Positions 17,726-27,272 of a stretch of DNA of 64,000 bases are shown piece by piece. The translations under genes were made by a program, and so were the position numbers. The notes beneath the pieces are model-generated. The model ran no database searches. It had not been told where the DNA came from and saw only the letters and a program-made list of their open reading frames with translations. This DNA comes from Candidatus Anstonellaceae archaeon (GTDB taxonomy: Archaea > Micrarchaeota > Micrarchaeia > Anstonellales > Anstonellaceae), in NCBI GenBank assembly GCA_038887295.1, contig JAWAKW010000001.1, forward strand, positions 100,795 to 164,794, in the 5' to 3' direction. Positions within the stretch are counted from its first letter, which is position 1; each line of letters opens with the position of its first letter.

Positions 17726-19462
17726 ATGGAGCCTGCATTTGCAGTAGGCATCAGCATCACTGTAATTATGCTTTTTGCCCTGCTTTTTGAGCGGCTGGGC
17801 ATGCCCCTCATTTTAGGCGTGCTTATTGCTGGGATGCTGGTGGGCCCATATTCCCCACTTGCAGGGACGGAGTGGATGGGCTTCAACTTCAACAGCCTGC
17901 TGATTTCAAACCCTGCAACAGTTGAAGTTTTTGCAGTTATAGGCTCAGCCTTGATCTTGTTTGGAATAGGGTTGGAATTCTCCATAATCCGCTTGACTCA
18001 GTCAGGCGTGCTGGTGTTCCTTGCCACTGCTTTGAAAATAGGGCTTGCCTACATCATCACCAATTCTCTTATGCTCATGATTGGCTTTCCAGCGCCAACT
18101 GCGACGCTGATCGCAATTGCAATTTCATTTTCCTCCACCCCAATAATCGTCAAGCTTCTTGAATCAGCAGGCAAAATAAGAAGGCCTGAAACCCTTCTTG
18201 TATTTTCAATCATCGTGATAGAGGATTTGCTGACAGTCTTTATCTTAGGGCTTATTGCAAGGCCACCAACGCAAAGTGAATATGCAGTTGCAATCTCCCT
18301 TATACGCGTAATAGCAACTTTCGTTTTTGCCTATCTGGTGCTTTTGCGTATAATTTCGCGCTTCCTTTCCATGATCTCGCATTCAGATGAACTTTTGATT
18401 TTGGGGACAGTAAGCCTGGTTCTCATGATAGGATATATTTCAGAAATGATAGGGCTTTCATTTTCGGTAGGCGCCTTTCTTGCAGGAAGCACAATTGCAG
18501 GCTCATTTGAATCCCGAAAAATAGAAGAGAAAATCAAGCCATTCAACTTTCTGTTTGCCTCATTCTTCTTTTTCTCAATAGGGCTAATGATAAATCTCTT
18601 TTTGCTGTTTTCAAACATGCTGCTGCTTTTGGTTTTCCTTTTCGTAGCGTTGGTTATTAGATTCATTTCAGCAGGCATCTCCTCTTATTTTGCCGGCTTT
18701 TCCGGCCGAAGCGCAAGCCTGTGTTCAGCAGCCATGCTCCCTGTTTCCGAGCTTTCTCTGCTTTTGATAAGCCAAGGAGTTGCCGACAAAATTTTGCAGT
18801 CGCAGCTACTTGGGGTTTTCGGTTTTTCAATAATCAGTTCCTCCTTTTTGTCCTCCTGGCTTTTGAACAAAGAGAATGAGATTTACAATGTCATTTTGCG
18901 CTTAAGCCCACCTCTCATCATCAAAAACATGCGCATTATAAGGATGACAATCTTGGGCATGCGGAGGGCATTTACCGAATCTTCGCGCTACTACCGAGTA
19001 GTTGAAAAGCTCCCTTCAATTTCCCAGATTTCCAGCGCAGTCTCCACCCGCGAGCAGCTTACCCTTACCTCAAAAAATGCTGCAATAGCAGGGGTGCTTT
19101 CACTGTTTTGCTTTGCAGGAATCTTCTTAATGCAGGACCCAGCATTCAGCGTAATCGGCTCGTTTTTCATTTTTCTTTTTTTACTATTCTTCTTCTTTTC
19201 CACAGTATTTTTAGTCAACCTCTATTCCTCGTTTTCAGGTGTTTCCAAGATGCTTGGGCGCTCAGGCAGCGGGCAAAAATATGAAGTTTTAATATACGCC
19301 CTTTCAGCATTCTCCTTCCTGATGCTTTCTGCATTTTACGCCCTTGCCTATATGCTTGCGCCACCCTCCCTTTCCATCATACTATCTCTCCCTTCGTTTG
19401 CCTTTGCAGCAAGAAGCATCCTGCTTGGAATCAAGGCCTTTTCGCTTGGCGCAAGGCTTTGA
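17726..19462 (+). CDS. cation:proton antiporter (CPA2/KefB-like) with extra C-terminal membrane domain
   Basis: LILFGIGLEFS, FSSTPIIVKLL, IEDL, GAFLAG, FFFSIG motifs. Confidence 0.85.
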   Translation: MEPAFAVGISITVIMLFALLFERLGMPLILGVLIAGMLVGPYSPLAGTEWMGFNFNSLLISNPATVEVFAVIGSALILFGIGLEFSIIRLTQSGVLVFLATALKIGLAYIITNSLMLMIGFPAPTATLIAIAISFSSTPIIVKLLESAGKIRRPETLLVFSIIVIEDLLTVFILGLIARPPTQSEYAVAISLIRVIATFVFAYLVLLRIISRFLSMISHSDELLILGTVSLVLMIGYISEMIGLSFSVGAFLAGSTIAGSFESRKIEEKIKPFNFLFASFFFFSIGLMINLFLLFSNMLLLLVFLFVALVIRFISAGISSYFAGFSGRSASLCSAAMLPVSELSLLLISQGVADKILQSQLLGVFGFSIISSSFLSSWLLNKENEIYNVILRLSPPLIIKNMRIIRMTILGMRRAFTESSRYYRVVEKLPSISQISSAVSTREQLTLTSKNAAIAGVLSLFCFAGIFLMQDPAFSVIGSFFIFLFLLFFFFSTVFLVNLYSSFSGVSKMLGRSGSGQKYEVLIYALSAFSFLMLSAFYALAYMLAPPSLSIILSLPSFAFAARSILLGIKAFSLGARL

Positions 19463-19867
19463 TTATTTTTTCGTCTGAGCCGGAGGCTGCGGACTGAGGG
19501 TTATCCTTGGAGGAACAATGGGGGGTGTTAGATTCACTATCCTTACCGCAAAGACACCATTTGTCCCGCAAGCGTAATTGAGCGCATTAAGCACCATTTC
19601 AGCGTAGGCATCAGGCAATCTCTTTTCCTTTGCCCATTTATCGCTTATTTCTTTGGCAAGCTTGGAGTCCTCTATAGCATAAAGGGTGCCGCTCATTTTC
19701 AGCTCACCTACTCCTTCTGCATACGCCGCAGAATAATTGAAGTTTATTTCAATTTGGTTGTTTTTCACATTGAGCGAATCAAGAGTAATATTGATATTCA
19801 GACCAGCAATTTCATTCTCATTGTCACGCCTTGCCTCCACCTTGTTTATTTTTATCCCAGTTATCAT
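19463..19867 (-). CDS. conserved archaeal hypothetical protein (SecB-like fold suspected)
   Basis: ITGIKINKVEA...NINI...C-terminal RIVNLTPPIVPPRI pattern recalled from a widespread archaeal family; start moved to 19867. Confidence 0.55.
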   Translation of the reverse strand: MITGIKINKVEARRDNENEIAGLNINITLDSLNVKNNQIEINFNYSAAYAEGVGELKMSGTLYAIEDSKLAKEISDKWAKEKRLPDAYAEMVLNALNYACGTNGVFAVRIVNLTPPIVPPRITLSPQPPAQTKK

Positions 19868-19911
19868 AAAACCGACCTCTTGCTTTGAATTGAGAAGCAA
19901 AATATTAAAAA

Positions 19912-20598
19912 TCAAAGCCGAAGCTGCTGTCCAACCTTTAGCACCACTCCTTTGGTGCTACTTCCCAAATCATCTGCAAATTCACTTGGCTCCTGCATAT
20001 TTTTCTCAAAAGTATTGTATCCCATAGGGATTGCAATTTTTGGCCTCATTTCCTTCACAGCGCTGCCTGCGGCAAATGGATCCATAGTTGCCCCGCCGCC
20101 GATAGGTACAATCGCAACATCACACCTAATCCTTCCCATATCAGTAAAGCTGTATGTATCTCCAGCATAATACACGCTTAACCCGTCTCCTTTCACCAGA
20201 TAGCCAACCGGGTATTCGGATTGCGGATGCACCGCTCTGATTACCTCAACATCTATCCCCTTCAGCGTGAACTTATCTTGCACATGGACTTCAACTTTGA
20301 ACCTTTCAGATATGTCGATCTTTGACAAAGCCGGCTTTGGGGCAATCACAATAGAAAAGCACCTTTCTGCAATTTCCTTTATTGTCGCTGGCTCGCAGTT
20401 TGCCGGCTCCTCGTTTGGGAGAAATATCATATCGCATTCGCGCACGCTTCTTGGGTTAAGCGAAGATCTAATCAGTCTCCTGTATTGCCCAATCTGCTCT
20501 GCAACCGCTGGGCTGAAAAGCATTACAATGTTACCTAGCCTTATCTCGAAGGAGTTGTGCCCCAAATATGTTATGCTGCGCACAGTTGCATTTGGCAC
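19912..20598 (-). CDS. MBL-fold protein (UPF0173-like) with degenerate metal site
   Basis: ITYLGHNSF, HP....VGYLV, YYAGDT, VPIGG..TMD, IAIPM present; HxHxDH absent. Confidence 0.75.
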   Translation of the reverse strand: MPNATVRSITYLGHNSFEIRLGNIVMLFSPAVAEQIGQYRRLIRSSLNPRSVRECDMIFLPNEEPANCEPATIKEIAERCFSIVIAPKPALSKIDISERFKVEVHVQDKFTLKGIDVEVIRAVHPQSEYPVGYLVKGDGLSVYYAGDTYSFTDMGRIRCDVAIVPIGGGATMDPFAAGSAVKEMRPKIAIPMGYNTFEKNMQEPSEFADDLGSSTKGVVLKVGQQLRL

Positions 20599-20635
20599 GC
20601 CGCAAATTTAAATAAATAATGGCAATAGTCCTTAT

Positions 20636-21490
20636 ATGAGGCAAAAATTGCAGGCATTTGCAAAGGCTATCTTGCTTCTTGTAATCCTCTTTTCTCCACT
20701 TTGCCACTCAGATTTCACCATGCGCTCCATCTCCGTGTTTATCAGGATAAACCAAGACGGAAGCGCCAACATAGAAGAAAAGTTTACAATCATGTTGAAT
20801 GGCTCCTCGCGGCAAATTTACGAGGACACAAGGGCTGTGTTTTCTGACTTGGCAACCTGGAGAGAAAGGACCGGCCTTTCTGAGGTGAGGCACCACATAA
20901 GCAGAGCCTATGCGGACATCAAAAACTTGCGGGTGCTTCCCCAGGCAATAGAACGCTGCAACCCTTATCTTGATTTATGCCATGCAACATTGATTCTAAC
21001 GTACGAAGTTCCAGCTTCAAAGCAAGGCTCAGGATTAGTCAAAGTAGACTGGTACAAGCCAAGAACCGCCAAATACTCAATACAGACACCAGCACTTTCA
21101 TTTGAGCAAACACGGACAGGCGATTTGATTCTGCCCCCAAACACCAATATCGTTTTTGCAATACCTCCCATTGCAGAGAAAATCTACTTTTCTAGCCTGC
21201 CTTTCAATATCGCAGAAGAAGACGAATCCCAATTTAGATATGATTACACCTCCAACTTGCGCTACTACATAGGAAAAGAAAGGGTATTCAGCTGGAAAGG
21301 GGACACCCTTTCCAAGTTCCAATTTACCTTTGAAATCGAATATCCACTTGAAACTGAAGCGATAGAATTCTTCAAGGAAGCGCAGGCAGCGGTCTTGGGG
21401 CTCTTTCTCGGGCAAGATGGGCTTGCAGCCATACTGCTCTTTGCAGCAGCCGCAGCAAGCTTATATTACTTCAACAGGCTTGAAAAATGA
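20636..21490 (+). CDS. secreted, C-terminally anchored surface protein
   Basis: Signal peptide, RINQDGSANIEEKF strand-turn-strand start, C-terminal hydrophobic helix. Confidence 0.7.
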   Translation: MRQKLQAFAKAILLLVILFSPLCHSDFTMRSISVFIRINQDGSANIEEKFTIMLNGSSRQIYEDTRAVFSDLATWRERTGLSEVRHHISRAYADIKNLRVLPQAIERCNPYLDLCHATLILTYEVPASKQGSGLVKVDWYKPRTAKYSIQTPALSFEQTRTGDLILPPNTNIVFAIPPIAEKIYFSSLPFNIAEEDESQFRYDYTSNLRYYIGKERVFSWKGDTLSKFQFTFEIEYPLETEAIEFFKEAQAAVLGLFLGQDGLAAILLFAAAAASLYYFNRLEK

Positions 21491-21500
21491 GGTCATCTGC

Positions 21501-22925
21501 ATGCTTCACCAAATAGAATCCAAGATATTGTCTCTGCTTTCATCAAAGAAAAGCTCAAAGCAGCTTGCAGCAGAATCCGGTCTTCCAGAAGATTCAATCT
21601 TCTCATTTGGTCAATCCCTCAAAGAAAAAGGACTGGTGACCATCAGTGTACAAACCCAGCAGCAGCTGAGGCTTACAAAGGAAGGGGAAAATTTCCTTTC
21701 AGAAGGTTTCCCAGAGGAAAGGGTGGCAAGAAAAGCAATGCAGAATGCCACCGTTTCCATGCTTTCTGCAGAAGAAAAATCTATCGGGCTTGGTTGGGCA
21801 ATCAAGAACAATTGGGTAAAGGTAGAGGGACAAAGGCTGATTTTAATTTCGCCACCACCTGACCCTTACCCTTTAAGGCAAGCTCTAGGCCAAATCCAGC
21901 AGGGCATCCAGCCAAGCAGTATACAGCTTGATTTGCTTATGAAAAGGAAACTTGTGGAATCCTTTGTTTCAAAGGAGATTTTTTTTGAGCCTACTGCAGC
22001 AAAGCCGCCACAAGAGCTGTCCACCTCCCAAATCAATGCTTTAACGAGAGAAATGTTGCTTTCTGGAAGCTGGAAACAAGCCGCCTTTAGGTCCTATGAT
22101 GTGCACACCCCAGTTGAAATCCCATCCGTTGCTTGCAGGCACTTAATTTCGCAAATCAAAAGACAGATAAGTCTTATTTTTGCCCAGATGGGCTTTGAAG
22201 AGATGGAAGGAGGAGAAATCCAGTCAAGCTTTTGGAATTTTGATGCGCTTTTCCAGCCGCAGGACCACCCAGCCCGCGACCTCGCAGACACATTCTATCT
22301 TATTGGCGAAGGTGGCGAAGGGGCTCTTCCGCAAGATGCCCAGCTTGTGGAAAGAGTCAAAAAAGTCCACGAGAAATACTGGGGCGGAAGGTGGCAGCCT
22401 TCCCTTGCCTCAAAGCTAGTGTTGCGAACCCATACAACTGCAATATCTGCCCACTACCTTTATCGTTTTTGCAAAGAAAAGCAGCCGAAGAAGTATTTCT
22501 GCATAGGCAAGGTTTTCAGAAATGAGGCAACCGACTATAAGCACCTTGCGGAATTTTTCCAAGTGGAAGGCATAGTGGTTTGGGAAGGGGCAACATTTAG
22601 GCATCTTCTCGGCTGCCTAAAAGAATTCTACCGCAAGCTTGGGTTTGAGAAAATCCGCTTCCAGCCTTCTTATTTCCCTTACACCGAGCCTTCCCTTGAG
22701 ATTTCTGTCTATTTTGAAAAAAAGAAGCAGTGGATTGAGCTGGGGGGGGCAGGGATTTTCAGGCCAGAAGTGTCAATCCCGCTTTGCGACCGCTACCCAG
22801 TGCTTGCATGGGGGCTTTCGCTTGAAAGACCGCTTATGCTCCTTTATGACATCGACGACATTCGCGAATTTTACAAAAGCAAAGTAGGTTGGCTGAGGTC
22901 CCAAAAAGTCCACGCTCACTATTAA
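21501..22925 (+). CDS. pheS: phenylalanine-tRNA ligase alpha subunit (archaeal long form)
   Basis: FWNFDALFQPQDHPARDLADTF, LRTHTT, FRNEATDYKHLAEFFQVEG, YFPYTEPS; start moved to 21501. Confidence 0.95.
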   Translation: MLHQIESKILSLLSSKKSSKQLAAESGLPEDSIFSFGQSLKEKGLVTISVQTQQQLRLTKEGENFLSEGFPEERVARKAMQNATVSMLSAEEKSIGLGWAIKNNWVKVEGQRLILISPPPDPYPLRQALGQIQQGIQPSSIQLDLLMKRKLVESFVSKEIFFEPTAAKPPQELSTSQINALTREMLLSGSWKQAAFRSYDVHTPVEIPSVACRHLISQIKRQISLIFAQMGFEEMEGGEIQSSFWNFDALFQPQDHPARDLADTFYLIGEGGEGALPQDAQLVERVKKVHEKYWGGRWQPSLASKLVLRTHTTAISAHYLYRFCKEKQPKKYFCIGKVFRNEATDYKHLAEFFQVEGIVVWEGATFRHLLGCLKEFYRKLGFEKIRFQPSYFPYTEPSLEISVYFEKKKQWIELGGAGIFRPEVSIPLCDRYPVLAWGLSLERPLMLLYDIDDIREFYKSKVGWLRSQKVHAHY

Positions 22926-22950
22926 ATACTCATCAGGTAATTTAGCAATT

Positions 22951-23634
22951 ATGACCAGTTTGGCGGGCATGGCGCTTTCCTACTTGCTTCTTGCTTCGTT
23001 CAGCTCTGAAACTGCACTCAATTTCTCCTCGCTTGACAAACTGGTGGATTTTGAGTTTGACTTTGCATATGAAGGGTTGATACCAAACCAGCCTTACAGC
23101 GGAAGCGTAAAAATATACTGGGCAATCCCAAACCAGTCCCTGCACAAGCTCCAATCCGACAAGCTGATAGTAAAAGTCAGGCTCATCTCCTTCTCAGATT
23201 CCATAAAATTCATCGTCAATTCCTCCCCAACCCAGCAAGCCGAGATTTTCCTTTTTTGCAAAATAGAAAATGGCAGCTGTTCAAACGAGTCAGTGCTTTA
23301 TTCGGAAGTTCCTACACTGGTGGTAGTAAGCAACTCCACTCCTGCAAACATCTCAATTCAATCAGAAATAGTGCCTGCCGAGCGCTTTGAAAACGCTAAA
23401 TTGGAACTGCCGCTTGGAAATATGGCTTCAATTAAGCTGAACTTTACCCCCTCTGCAGATTTTCTTCCCAGCCTGCCAAACCACTCTGATTCAGATTTCC
23501 TTGACGCTCTCAAGCCACAGGGGAACCACAAAGACCCAATCGAATATCTGAAAGAAAACCCAATTGTCTCTTTGACCGCCCTTGTAATAGTTATACTAAT
23601 CACTGGCGCATATCTTCTCAATTCCAAAGATTAG
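22951..23634 (+). CDS. hypothetical membrane-anchored protein
   Basis: N-terminal hydrophobic signal and C-terminal TM helix; fills the pheS-rnz gap. Confidence 0.6.
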   Translation: MTSLAGMALSYLLLASFSSETALNFSSLDKLVDFEFDFAYEGLIPNQPYSGSVKIYWAIPNQSLHKLQSDKLIVKVRLISFSDSIKFIVNSSPTQQAEIFLFCKIENGSCSNESVLYSEVPTLVVVSNSTPANISIQSEIVPAERFENAKLELPLGNMASIKLNFTPSADFLPSLPNHSDSDFLDALKPQGNHKDPIEYLKENPIVSLTALVIVILITGAYLLNSKD

Positions 23635-23670
23635 CAACTTATTTAACATATTCTGCCTATCCATTTCCTC

Positions 23671-24546
23671 ATGTTTGAAATCACAATGATTGGCACTTCT
23701 TCTGGCGTTCCCACACCACAGCGCGGGATGCCTGCAATTGCACTAAGAAGAGAGAATGTGCTTCTGCTTTTTGATTGCGGGGAAGGCACCCAAAGGCAGA
23801 TGATGTGCCTTGGCATATCCTACATGAAAGTCAGAGGGATATTCCTTTCTCATCTTCATCTGGACCATTACCTTGGAATATTCGGGCTGATTGAAACAAT
23901 GGCCCTCAACGGCAGGCAAGATCTGCTTGAAATTTTTGGTCCGCCTGGCACAAGAAAATCAATAGGCACCAAATACGAGCTTCGCCCTTTTGTAAAAATC
24001 AACGAAATCCAACCTGGTTCAGCTGTTGATTTCGGAAGCTTTACTGTCCGTGCTGTAGCAGTGCTCCACACGCAAAACTCCTTGGGGTTTGTCATAGAAG
24101 AAAAGGAAAAAATACGCTTTTACGAGGAAAGGGCGCATCTTGCAGGGCTTAGGGGCAAAATGTTTTCTGAAATATTAGAAAAAGGAGAGCTTTCCATTTC
24201 AGGAAAAAAAGTGAGGCTGAAAGACTTAACTTATGTGCAAAAAGGCAAAAAAGTAGCCTATTCTGGGGATACTGCGCCCTGCGCAGATTTTGCAAAAGCC
24301 GCAAAAGACTCAGACCTCATTATCCATGAAGCCACTTTCTCTTCCGAGCTGGAGCAGGATGCAAAGGAAGCAAACCATTCCACCGCTGCCCAGGCAGCAG
24401 CAATTGCAAAAAAAGCAAGGGCAAAACGACTCATCCTCACCCATATTTCGGGGCGCTACAAAGATCCTTCGGTTTTGGTGGAAGAGGCAAGAAAAATATT
24501 CCCAGCAACCGAGGCGGCTTATGACGGCATGAAGCTTCAGGTTTAG
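23671..24546 (+). CDS. rnz: ribonuclease Z
   Basis: GTSSGVPT..R, FDCGEGTQRQM, SHLHLDH, YSGDT, IHEATF, LTHIS.RY. Confidence 0.95.
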   Translation: MFEITMIGTSSGVPTPQRGMPAIALRRENVLLLFDCGEGTQRQMMCLGISYMKVRGIFLSHLHLDHYLGIFGLIETMALNGRQDLLEIFGPPGTRKSIGTKYELRPFVKINEIQPGSAVDFGSFTVRAVAVLHTQNSLGFVIEEKEKIRFYEERAHLAGLRGKMFSEILEKGELSISGKKVRLKDLTYVQKGKKVAYSGDTAPCADFAKAAKDSDLIIHEATFSSELEQDAKEANHSTAAQAAAIAKKARAKRLILTHISGRYKDPSVLVEEARKIFPATEAAYDGMKLQV

Positions 24547-24593
24547 TGTTTTTTAACTTTAGTTGCCATTTCACAGCTTGTTTGGGTGATTTT

Positions 24594-25634
24594 ATGATAG
24601 ATATGGACTTGCTTTGCAAGCTGACTGAGTCCTTCGGTGTTCCAGGCAACGAAAAGGAAATCGCAAACCTGATGCACTCTGAGCTTTCAAAATTGGGCTA
24701 CAAGACCCACATAGACAGATTCGGGAATGTTATTGCGTACTCACCTTCGGCAAAGAAAAAGCCGCTCATGCTTGGGGCCCACATGGATGAAATTGGAATG
24801 CTGGTCAAATTCATCAACGAGAAGGGCTTTATCCGCTTCATAAAGGTGGGTGGAATTGACAACAGAGTTCTTGTCAATCAGCGCGTGGTCATCCAAACTG
24901 AAAAAGGAAACATTTACGGTGTAATAGGGAGCAAGCCTCCACACATGCAAAAGCCAGAAGACATGAAAATGGCATATGACAACAAATCTCTATTCATCGA
25001 CATAGGGGCAAAAAGCCGAAAAGAAGCAGAAAAAATGGGGGTAAAAATTGGTGACCCAATCTGCTTTGACATCAGCACAAAAATGCTTAACAACAAGCTG
25101 GTTACCGGCAAAGCATTGGATGACCGCGTAGGCTGCTACATCTTGATTGAGGTAGCTAAAAAAGTCAAGCATAAAAACGTGGTGCTAGTTGGCACAGCAC
25201 AAGAAGAAGTTTCAACCTTCGGAAAAGGCGCAATGATTGCAGCATACAATCTTGAGCCTTCTGCGTTTATTGCAATCGATACTGCAATTGCAGGTGACCA
25301 CCCCGAAATGTCAGAGGACGAAGCCCTAATCCATCTTTTCAAAGGGCCAGCAATCTGCCTAGTGGAAGCAGGCGGAAGGGGGAATGTCGCAGATGCAGTC
25401 ATGAAAGAAAAATGTATCTCGGTTGCAAAAAAGAACAAAATACCGTACCAAATCGAAGTGATTGAGGGCGGGGCCACTGATGCAGCTTCAGTTTACGGTG
25501 AAAAGGGAGGCATCCCTTCAATTTCCATCAATGTCCCAACTCGCTATATCCACTCAAACGTTGCAGTGTGTGCAATAGAAGACATAGAAAAGACAATTGC
25601 TTATCTTGTGAAGCTTGTTGAAGAGCTTGCTTGA
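24594..25634 (+). CDS. M42 family aminopeptidase (TET/Frv)
   Basis: GAHMDEIG, ALDDRVG, QEEV, AIDT, GGATDA, PTRYIHS; start moved to 24594. Confidence 0.92.
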   Translation: MIDMDLLCKLTESFGVPGNEKEIANLMHSELSKLGYKTHIDRFGNVIAYSPSAKKKPLMLGAHMDEIGMLVKFINEKGFIRFIKVGGIDNRVLVNQRVVIQTEKGNIYGVIGSKPPHMQKPEDMKMAYDNKSLFIDIGAKSRKEAEKMGVKIGDPICFDISTKMLNNKLVTGKALDDRVGCYILIEVAKKVKHKNVVLVGTAQEEVSTFGKGAMIAAYNLEPSAFIAIDTAIAGDHPEMSEDEALIHLFKGPAICLVEAGGRGNVADAVMKEKCISVAKKNKIPYQIEVIEGGATDAASVYGEKGGIPSISINVPTRYIHSNVAVCAIEDIEKTIAYLVKLVEELA

Positions 25635-25637
25635 AGG

Positions 25638-26225
25638 TTGGCGATGGCAAAGGGAGTGTTTGCATTTTTTGTTGCCTCTATTTTTCTATTCGCCCTGCTT
25701 TCCTTTGCTGCACTGGTGCTTGAGGCAAAAAAGCCATCGTTTTTTGTGGGAACATACAAATTAGCGGAGCTTGAGGCATTTGCAGTCAAAAGAGCAATTC
25801 ATGATGCGGCAGCAGAAGGCGCGGCAAAGGGCATATTGCTTGCGCTTGCCAGTGGCGCAGAACCATATGTGGAGGCAAAAAGAGGAGTGCATCAGGCATT
25901 GGTTGAACTTGAGCAAAGCACCATTCAAGCTGGATTTCCAGTGAAGATTTGGTGCGGTCACCCTTCTTTTGAAGACCTCAGCTTAGCATCAGAAGAAATG
26001 GAAAAGCTCAAAGAACCTGTCATTCCAAAAAATGCCCATCACATTTCAAATAGCGACTGCCTAAAACTGATTTATGTGGACCTCAGCAGGCAAAGCATCC
26101 ATCTTTCTTCTTTTGGCTTTTCTGTTTTTTTAGAGCCTGCAGGCCAAGGCTCAGCATTTTTGCTTCCCGAAGATGAGGAGGTACGCTTTGATGCAGCAAA
26201 CCTTTCAGGGTCAATCTTCAATTGA
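25638..26225 (+). CDS. pilin-like protein (class III signal-like N-terminus)
   Basis: AKG|VFAFF followed by a hydrophobic helix; first of four overlapping small ORFs. Confidence 0.55.
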   Translation: MAMAKGVFAFFVASIFLFALLSFAALVLEAKKPSFFVGTYKLAELEAFAVKRAIHDAAAEGAAKGILLALASGAEPYVEAKRGVHQALVELEQSTIQAGFPVKIWCGHPSFEDLSLASEEMEKLKEPVIPKNAHHISNSDCLKLIYVDLSRQSIHLSSFGFSVFLEPAGQGSAFLLPEDEEVRFDAANLSGSIFN

Positions 26226-26538
26226 AGCCCTTGTTTCATTTTTTGCGCTGCTTTTGGCTATTTCAATCCTTTCGTTTTCAGCAAAGAATCTGACAGAAAG
26301 CAGCGCCCAAGCAATAAAGACAGACTACCAAAGAATCCAGCTTGCCAAGGTGGCCTTCCTGCTGGACACTGCTGCTTTCTCAAAAGCTCGCATCAAATCC
26401 TATGAAGACCTTTCATGGATGTGCATAAACATGAGCCAGATTTTCCACTGCGGCAACAAAAACGCCACTGAAAAGCTGCTTCATAATGCTTCGGTGGATG
26501 CGGAGGGCAAAATCCATGTGCAAATCAAACTCCCGTAA
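26191..26538 (+). CDS. type IV minor pilin-like protein
   Basis: QG|QSSIE class III signal with +5 Glu, then hydrophobic helix. Confidence 0.65.
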   Translation: MQQTFQGQSSIEALVSFFALLLAISILSFSAKNLTESSAQAIKTDYQRIQLAKVAFLLDTAAFSKARIKSYEDLSWMCINMSQIFHCGNKNATEKLLHNASVDAEGKIHVQIKLP

Positions 26539-26905
26539 AGCATTTTTTTCCCTGGACGCTTCAATTGCGTTCATTTCAACTTTGTTCACGTTTGCAGCAT
26601 TCCTGCAGCTTATTTATTATGCTTCAGAAAGTTTTTCTTCATATTCAAAATCAGTCTCATATACGCTTCTTTCGCTTAGAATTTCATCCGCTATCTTGGA
26701 CCAGCTTTATGAAGGCAATGCTAGCATAAATTTGGAGCCTCTAAGAGAGTCATTCAAGCTTTCCTCAGTCAAAGCCTCGCTTGTCTTTGAAGATGAAGCA
26801 AGCATAGATTGGAATCTTGGGGCTGAAAGCACACAAGTTTACTGCACAAAAAGGCTGGCTTTCCTTTCAGGAAAAATTGCCCTGCTTAGGGTGTGCATAT
26901 CATGA
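26516..26905 (+). CDS. type IV minor pilin-like protein
   Basis: RKA|FFSLD class III-like signal with acidic +5 residue, then hydrophobic helix. Confidence 0.6.
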   Translation: MCKSNSRKAFFSLDASIAFISTLFTFAAFLQLIYYASESFSSYSKSVSYTLLSLRISSAILDQLYEGNASINLEPLRESFKLSSVKASLVFEDEASIDWNLGAESTQVYCTKRLAFLSGKIALLRVCIS

Positions 26906-27240
26906 AAGCATTTGCAATGTCTTTTGAGGCCGCGGCATCCATTATCCTTTTGGTGCAATCTGCCTTTCTGTTGCATGCGTTTGCAGCCCAAATTCCAAAT
27001 GAGCCAGACCTTTTCCTTTGCTTTGATGCCTCCAGAGTCCTTATCGATTCTTCCTCTTTTTCAAACGATGCAGTATTAGATGAGCGGCTCCACCTAATTT
27101 ACAATCTTTCAGGCATCTGCATCCAAGCAGACGGCATTTCGACTTGCCAATATTTTGGCGGCAGCAAGACTAGCTTCACCTTTCCCGTATGGAGAAACAG
27201 CAAAGCCGAGGCAATCACGGTTGCTTGCTGGAGGCAGTAG
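26893..27240 (+). CDS. type IV minor pilin-like protein
   Basis: KA|FAMSFE.. followed by a hydrophobic helix; overlaps the previous ORF. Confidence 0.55.
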   Translation: MHIMKAFAMSFEAAASIILLVQSAFLLHAFAAQIPNEPDLFLCFDASRVLIDSSSFSNDAVLDERLHLIYNLSGICIQADGISTCQYFGGSKTSFTFPVWRNSKAEAITVACWRQ

Positions 27241-27272
27241 CCTTTTATTGATTGCACAATTAGATTCGATAG

